NCBI GenBank assembly: GCA_043732185.1
Contig: JAYTHY010000117.1
Span: 1 to 21,921 of the forward strand
Reading direction: 5' to 3'
From: Fibrobacteria bacterium
GTDB taxonomy: Bacteria > Fibrobacterota > Fibrobacteria > UBA11236
DNA length: 21,921 nucleotides
Part shown: one piece after another, positions 17,282 to 21,921 of the stretch
Position numbering within the stretch: the stretch's first letter is position 1
Layout: the number at the start of each line of letters is the position of its first letter
The notes under the pieces: model-generated
Seen by the model: the letters and a program-made list of their open reading frames with translations, nothing else
Database searches by the model: none
Told to the model about the DNA's origin: nothing
Program-made: the position numbers and the translations under genes

Positions 17282-19446
17282 AAATAACCCCAGTCGAAAA
17301 GACCGGGGCCGGTCCGGTTTATACTTGCCCCATGCATCCGGAAGTCCGGCAAAATAAACCGGGTGCATGCCCGAAATGCGGAATGGCCCTGGAACTGGAA
17401 AAGCCTGCGCAATCAGGGGTAAAGGCCGGAGAGGAGGTTGGAGAGAATGCCGAACTCATCGATATGCAAAGGCGGTTCTGGATTGGCGGAGCCTTGGCGC
17501 TTCCGGTATTCCTGCTGACCATGGCGCACCTCATCCCGCCCTTGGCACGGCAGGCTTGGATTATGGGCGATGTTTCCCGTTGGCTGCAATTTGCCTTGAC
17601 CACACCCGTGGTCGTTTGGGCTGGTTGGCCGTTCTTCGTTCGCGGTTGGCGATCGATTCTCACCTGGAATTTGAATATGTTCACCTTGATTGCCATGGGC
17701 GTGGGCGCTGCTTTCTTGTTTAGCGCAATCGCCATGGTGATGCCGAGCCTGTTCCCGGTCTCCATGATGCATGGGGAAAGGGTCTCGATCTACTTCGAGG
17801 CGGCGGCCGTCATCGTCGTCTTGGTCCTCTTGGGGCAGGTCTTGGAACTCCGGGCACGTAACCGCACGGGTAGTGCCATCAAGGCTTTGCTTAATCTTAC
17901 GCCCCCCACGGCTAAGCGAATTAGCGGTGACCGGGACGAGGTTATTCCGCTCGAACAGGTTAAGGTCGGCGACCAGCTAAGAGTTGTTCCTGGTGAAAAG
18001 GTGCCGGTGGACGGTGTCGTGGTTGAAGGGCATTCCAGTGTCGATGAATCCCTGCTATCGGGAGAAGCATTACCGGTCGAAAAGACGGTGGGGGAAAAGG
18101 TTACCGGTGGCACGGTCAATGGTCCGGGAAGTTTCGTCATGCGTGCGGAGCATATCGGTAGCGATACCTTGCTGGGCCGCATTGTCGATATGGTCGGCGA
18201 AGCTCAACGCAGTCGCGCGCCCATCCAGGGCTTGGCCGACAAGGTGTCTGGCCTCTTCGTGCCCGCGGTGGTCGCCGTTTCCGCGCTCACCTTCGTGCTC
18301 TGGTTCTCGTTGGGACCAGAACCGCGGCTGGCCCATGCCGTGGTCAATGCGGTCGCGGTCTTGATCATTGCTTGTCCTTGTGCCTTGGGATTGGCGACGC
18401 CCATGTCCATCATGGTAGGAGTCGGCCGGGGTGCAGGTGAAGGCGTGTTGATCAAAAACGCCGAAGCCTTGGAGCGATTGGAAAAAGTCACGACCTTGGT
18501 CATCGACAAAACCGGCACGCTCACTGAAGGCAAACCCAAGCTGATGGATACCCTTCCGTCGAATGGTTTCGATGCCAAGGAATTCCTGCGTTTGGCGGCC
18601 AGTCTGGAACAAAACAGTGAACATCCTCTTGCTGCGGCCATTGTGCGGGGCGCCAAGGAACAGGGTGCCGTGCTTGGTAAAGTGGAAGATTTCCGTTCCG
18701 TAACAGCGGGTGGAGTCGCGGGAAAAGTCGATGGCCATGCCGTATTGGTGGGGAAATTGGATTTCCTCCGGAACGAAAAGATTCCGGAATTGGATGGCTT
18801 GGAAAAAACCGCTGGCGCGCTACAGACCGAAGGAAAAACGGTTATATATGTGGCCATGGATGGCAAGGCCGCCGGCATCCTGGCCGTGGCCGATCCTATG
18901 AAATCCACCACGCCCGCAGCGATCAAAGAATTGCATGACCTGGGCCTGGAAATCCATATGCTCACGGGGGATAACCAAAAGACCGCCGATGCCGTAGCGG
19001 GTACTTTGAAATTGGATGCCGTCAAGGCGGGTATTGAACCGATAGGCAAGGCTGAATATGTAAAAGCATTGCGGGCCAAAGGCCTTATTGTCGCCATGGC
19101 TGGAGACGGCATCAATGATGCCTTGGCTCTGAGCGAAGCCGAGGTAGGTATCGCGATGGGTACGGGAACTGACGTAGCCATGGAAAGCGCCGGCATTACC
19201 TTGGTCAAAGGGGATTTGCGCGGCATCGCCAAGGCCATCAATCTCAGTCATGCCACCATGCGCAATATCCGACAAAACCTGGTTTTTGCCTTCATGTATA
19301 ATGCGCTGGGAATCCCCTTGGCTGCCGGGGCTTTATATCCCTTTTTCGGCTTGCTGCTCAGCCCGATTATTGCAGGTGCTGCCATGAGTCTCAGCTCCGT
19401 ATCCGTCATAACCAATGCTTTAAGGCTGAGAAAGGTCGGTATCTGA
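17278..19446 (+). CDS. copA: Cu(I)/Ag(I)-translocating P1B-1 ATPase
   Basis: N-terminal [19 protein letters not shown] metal-binding domain, [29 protein letters not shown] in TM7, MSLSSVSV in TM8; hinge reads [10 protein letters not shown]. Confidence 0.95.
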   Translation: MKITPVEKTGAGPVYTCPMHPEVRQNKPGACPKCGMALELEKPAQSGVKAGEEVGENAELIDMQRRFWIGGALALPVFLLTMAHLIPPLARQAWIMGDVSRWLQFALTTPVVVWAGWPFFVRGWRSILTWNLNMFTLIAMGVGAAFLFSAIAMVMPSLFPVSMMHGERVSIYFEAAAVIVVLVLLGQVLELRARNRTGSAIKALLNLTPPTAKRISGDRDEVIPLEQVKVGDQLRVVPGEKVPVDGVVVEGHSSVDESLLSGEALPVEKTVGEKVTGGTVNGPGSFVMRAEHIGSDTLLGRIVDMVGEAQRSRAPIQGLADKVSGLFVPAVVAVSALTFVLWFSLGPEPRLAHAVVNAVAVLIIACPCALGLATPMSIMVGVGRGAGEGVLIKNAEALERLEKVTTLVIDKTGTLTEGKPKLMDTLPSNGFDAKEFLRLAASLEQNSEHPLAAAIVRGAKEQGAVLGKVEDFRSVTAGGVAGKVDGHAVLVGKLDFLRNEKIPELDGLEKTAGALQTEGKTVIYVAMDGKAAGILAVADPMKSTTPAAIKELHDLGLEIHMLTGDNQKTADAVAGTLKLDAVKAGIEPIGKAEYVKALRAKGLIVAMAGDGINDALALSEAEVGIAMGTGTDVAMESAGITLVKGDLRGIAKAINLSHATMRNIRQNLVFAFMYNALGIPLAAGALYPFFGLLLSPIIAGAAMSLSSVSVITNALRLRKVGI

Positions 19447-19647
19447 TATAAACCTTGGCTCAGGATCTTAAAAAACTTTTATTAACTGAAAGAAGGTTCC
19501 TGATGCCGGTACATTTACTTCCTAAAAGCCTTTTGATATGACGGTAGTGAACGGTATGGATCGCTTTCATCTGGTCATGGGCATGATATGCCAGGGGTCA
19601 GAAATTGGATGCGGGAAAAAGTCGGATAATCATAAAGGAGAAAGTAC

Positions 19648-20091
19648 ATGAAGAATTTCATAGCCGTAGCCGCAATTGTGGGAATAACGATGGGAGCCTT
19701 CGCTCAATCCAATAAGAAAATGACGGGACCTGGAAATATGCCGGGCGGAATGATGGATTCCAGCGGAGCCCATCGCATGATGGGCGGAACCATGTCCAAA
19801 CCCATGAACGCTATGATGCCGCACATGTATGGCAAGATGGATCAAATGAACGGGATGATGGGTGATATGAATGGAATGATGGCGGACAGCGTCATGATGA
19901 TGGATCCCGTCAGGCGGAAAGATGCTGCGAAGATGATGGCGGCGATGTCGGGAGCCATGAAGGAGATGTCCGACCAAATGGCTAAGGGTAAGCCCGATGC
20001 GGGCCAGGTCAAGAAAATGCATGCGAAGATGGCTGTCATGCACGAGAAGCTGGAGATGATGGCTAAGGATTCATCCGAGGTTAAAAAGTAG
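19648..20091 (+). CDS. Exported methionine-rich hypothetical protein
   Basis: AAAGGAGA RBS; signal peptide MKNFIAVAAIVGITMGAFA; 34 Met in 147 aa by hand count; no Cys. Confidence 0.85.
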   Translation: MKNFIAVAAIVGITMGAFAQSNKKMTGPGNMPGGMMDSSGAHRMMGGTMSKPMNAMMPHMYGKMDQMNGMMGDMNGMMADSVMMMDPVRRKDAAKMMAAMSGAMKEMSDQMAKGKPDAGQVKKMHAKMAVMHEKLEMMAKDSSEVKK

Positions 20092-20143
20092 ATGAGCCAT
20101 GGAACCTACGAAGTGACATTCAGAGGTCACTATAATAAAAAGG

Positions 20144-20251
20144 GGAATTCCATTAGCGACCGGGGTGTTTGATCCCTTTTTCGGATTGCTTCTCAGTCCG
20201 ATAATTGCAGGCGCTGCCATGAGCCTGAGTTCCGTCTCTGTTATTGCCAAT
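20144..20251 (+). pseudogene. Remnant of a second copA-like ATPase (TM7-TM8 only)
   Basis: Translates [36 protein letters not shown], 31/36 identical to copA 19309-19416; no in-frame start after the stop at 20114-20116. Confidence 0.9.
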
Positions 20252-20253
20252 GT

Positions 20254-20976
20254 GATCAGTGGCCGGCCGAGGGTCCCCATCTGAACGTCCTGACGCGCGA
20301 ACTAAGGGAAGGCGATGAACTGGAGGTTAACGATCAGCGGATTATCGTCAAGAGTGTAGCGGATGCCTCCCCACGATTTCCGCCACGGCCATTGATTTAT
20401 ACCACGATTTCCAACGCCGATCGGATTCTCTTGCCCGAACGGCGCCGATTGACCTTCGTTCTCGCGTCTGTCGCACCTGGAGCCTCTTCCCACGACGTGG
20501 CCACGCTCATTGAATCTCGTACGGGTATGCGGGCGCGCACTGCCGCGGATTTCAAATCGGACACGGTCCATTGGTTTCTGCAAAACTCGGAGGATGTCGG
20601 AGACGTAACGGCAATGTTGCTCATGGCCATCACCGTCGGTTTCGGAGTTACGGGTGTCATGCTTTACATGTTCACCAATGAGAATCTAAAACAGTATGCG
20701 GTATTGAAAGCCATGGGCACGACCCCGGGAATGCTTTTGCTCATGATCTTCACCCAGGCAGGGATATGTGCTCTGATAGGCGCAGGTCTCGGCCTTGGGA
20801 TTTGCGGCATTGCCGGTCAATTCGCTGTCTCCTATTTTGAGTTCCCTTTTCGCCTGATGTGGTTTGCTCCGATAATAGGGATTTCCATGGTTGTGGTGAT
20901 CAGCTTGGTGGCGGCAGCCATCAGCGCCTATCCAGTCTTGAAGTTGGACCCCGCTTCCGTTTTCGCGGGCCGATAG
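20254..20976 (+). pseudogene. 5'-truncated ABC transporter permease (FtsX/MacB-like, DevC-type)
   Basis: C-terminal FtsX-like domain (VGFGVTGVMLYMFTNENLKQYAVLKAMG...VLKLDPASVF). Permease-like sequence continues in frame upstream of TTG 20392 ([31 protein letters not shown]...PRFPPRPLIYTT). N-terminal TM absent; no ATPase or MFP partner genes nearby. Confidence 0.75.
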
Positions 20977-21142
20977 AAAAAGGGGTTGAAGGGAAACTTC
21001 TATTTTTCTGGATTTCAACAAAGTGTTCCGGTTGATTGCCCAATTGTCAAATAATACGGCGCGTTTTTTGTGGTATCAGCTAATTATTAAGGCTATTTAT
21101 AAAGCAAATGGATGGTCAAGAAGGCAGTAATTAAAAGAAAAC

Positions 21143-21502
21143 ATGAAGGCATTTAAATTATTTAACACTCCCGATAAAATGTCGGCTTTTCAAGAGGGGA
21201 CTATTCCAGAATGCGAACAAATTGATGCAGTGCATTTTTTCGGACAATCCACTACGGGTTTGCAATTTTCAATACATCCTGCTCCTCGAAATCAGTTCGT
21301 AATTACCACTAAAGGAAAGCTTAAATTTACAGTCAGCAATGGCGATTCTTTTATTATAGAACCTGGCATTATTCTAGTAGCTAAAGACATAGAGGGGGAA
21401 GGCCACTCATGGGAAATCATTGACGGAAATGAATGGCATAGAATTTATATTGTACCGAATGATGATTCGGAGGATCATTTCAAACCAAATCAAAATACCT
21501 GA
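21143..21502 (+). CDS. Cupin-fold hypothetical protein
   Basis: HPAPRNQFVITTKGKLKF...GDSFIIEPGIILVAKDIEGEGHSW matches the two cupin motifs of the HPAPRRQ-type family. Confidence 0.75.
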   Translation: MKAFKLFNTPDKMSAFQEGTIPECEQIDAVHFFGQSTTGLQFSIHPAPRNQFVITTKGKLKFTVSNGDSFIIEPGIILVAKDIEGEGHSWEIIDGNEWHRIYIVPNDDSEDHFKPNQNT

Positions 21503-21509
21503 AGCAGAA

Positions 21510-21539
21510 AAGGTGAGTCTCAGTAGGACAAATCACCTT
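21510..21539. terminator. Possible stem-loop between convergent genes
   Basis: AAGGTGA (21510-21516) / TCACCTT (21533-21539) with inner GTC/GAC pairing; T-run on the minus strand only. Confidence 0.3.
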
Positions 21540-21573
21540 GACCCCCAGCCGCTCCTTGAGGATCTGAATATTT

Positions 21574-21921
21574 TCACTTTCCAAAAACTGCATTCATGAC
21601 GGCGACCGCCTTGCGAACCCCAGTTGCTACCTCTTTGGAAGATTCGGTTGCTCCAGGTGCAGCAACTAGATTTGCGCCAATGGAAACCGAGTCACTCTGA
21701 CGCTTCCCTATGAATTGATTTAGAAAGACATCGTTCTCAACGGACTTATCCCCCGGGTTCTTAAGTATCTTGACACCTGTTACCGATGCCCGAATATCAA
21801 GGGCCACGGCTACCGACATGGGTCCCTTGGGAGTGGGAACCGCGATGAACTGGGCGACTGCGTATTTCTTTCCTCCCTTGAGGGCGAAATAGAACGTGGG
21901 CACCTTATCTTCGTCGGAGAG
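21574..21921 (-). CDS. FMN-binding domain protein (RnfG/NqrC-like FMN_bind), 5'-partial
   Basis: PKGPMSVAVALD..VTGVKIL, FLNQFIGK, PGATESSKEVATGVRKA; frame open to the window edge (LSDEDKVPTFYF). Confidence 0.7.
   Translation of the reverse strand, partial: LSDEDKVPTFYFALKGGKKYAVAQFIAVPTPKGPMSVAVALDIRASVTGVKILKNPGDKSVENDVFLNQFIGKRQSDSVSIGANLVAAPGATESSKEVATGVRKAVAVMNAVFGK

Noticed and set aside
18204..19241. 345-aa antisense ORF (and 18070-18738, 17319-17765) opposite copA
   Set aside because: Antisense shadows of a GC-rich conserved gene; no recognisable motifs.
19447..19647. CueR/CsoR operator or sigma54 promoter before the Met-rich gene
   Set aside because: Only short palindromes (GGCAT-gat-ATGCC, AAAAG-c-CTTTT); no match to the CueR consensus, and GG-to-GC spacing is not N10.
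19630..20043. His-rich 137-aa minus-strand ORF suggesting a metal-binding protein
   Set aside because: CAT codons are the reverse complement of the ATG codons of the Met-rich gene, which has the RBS and signal peptide.
1..21921. Transposase, integrase, tRNA or terminal inverted repeats bounding the island
   Set aside because: None recognisable; mobility is inferred only from mosaic structure.

Overview
Bacterial accessory region (host not identifiable from sequence alone) with four blocks and no RNA genes, CRISPR array or transposase. (1) 2-7666 (+): part of an exopolysaccharide/capsule tailoring operon: CelD/BcsL-type GNAT, GT4, GT2, AsnB-type amidotransferase, beta-helix lipoprotein, pyruvyl transferase. 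(2) 7642-13096 (-): signalling operon with an exported GyrI-like protein, a soluble histidine kinase built on four 142-aa PAS repeats in A-B-A-B order, a DivK-like receiver, and a REC-PAS-PAS kinase carrying a fifth copy of that PAS. (3) 13204-20976 (+): metal-homeostasis island with mgtA, ackA, a chimeric DUF302 remnant, copA with a hinge Pro->Leu change, an exported 23%-Met protein, and a copA-paralogue scrap abutting a headless ABC permease. (4) 21143-21921: an AT-rich cupin gene and a partial FMN-binding protein. Best leads: the A-B-A-B PAS phosphorelay with its exported GyrI-like partner, the Met-rich candidate Cu/Ag sponge, and several apparent deletion junctions. Family calls are from motif recognition, not database searches.
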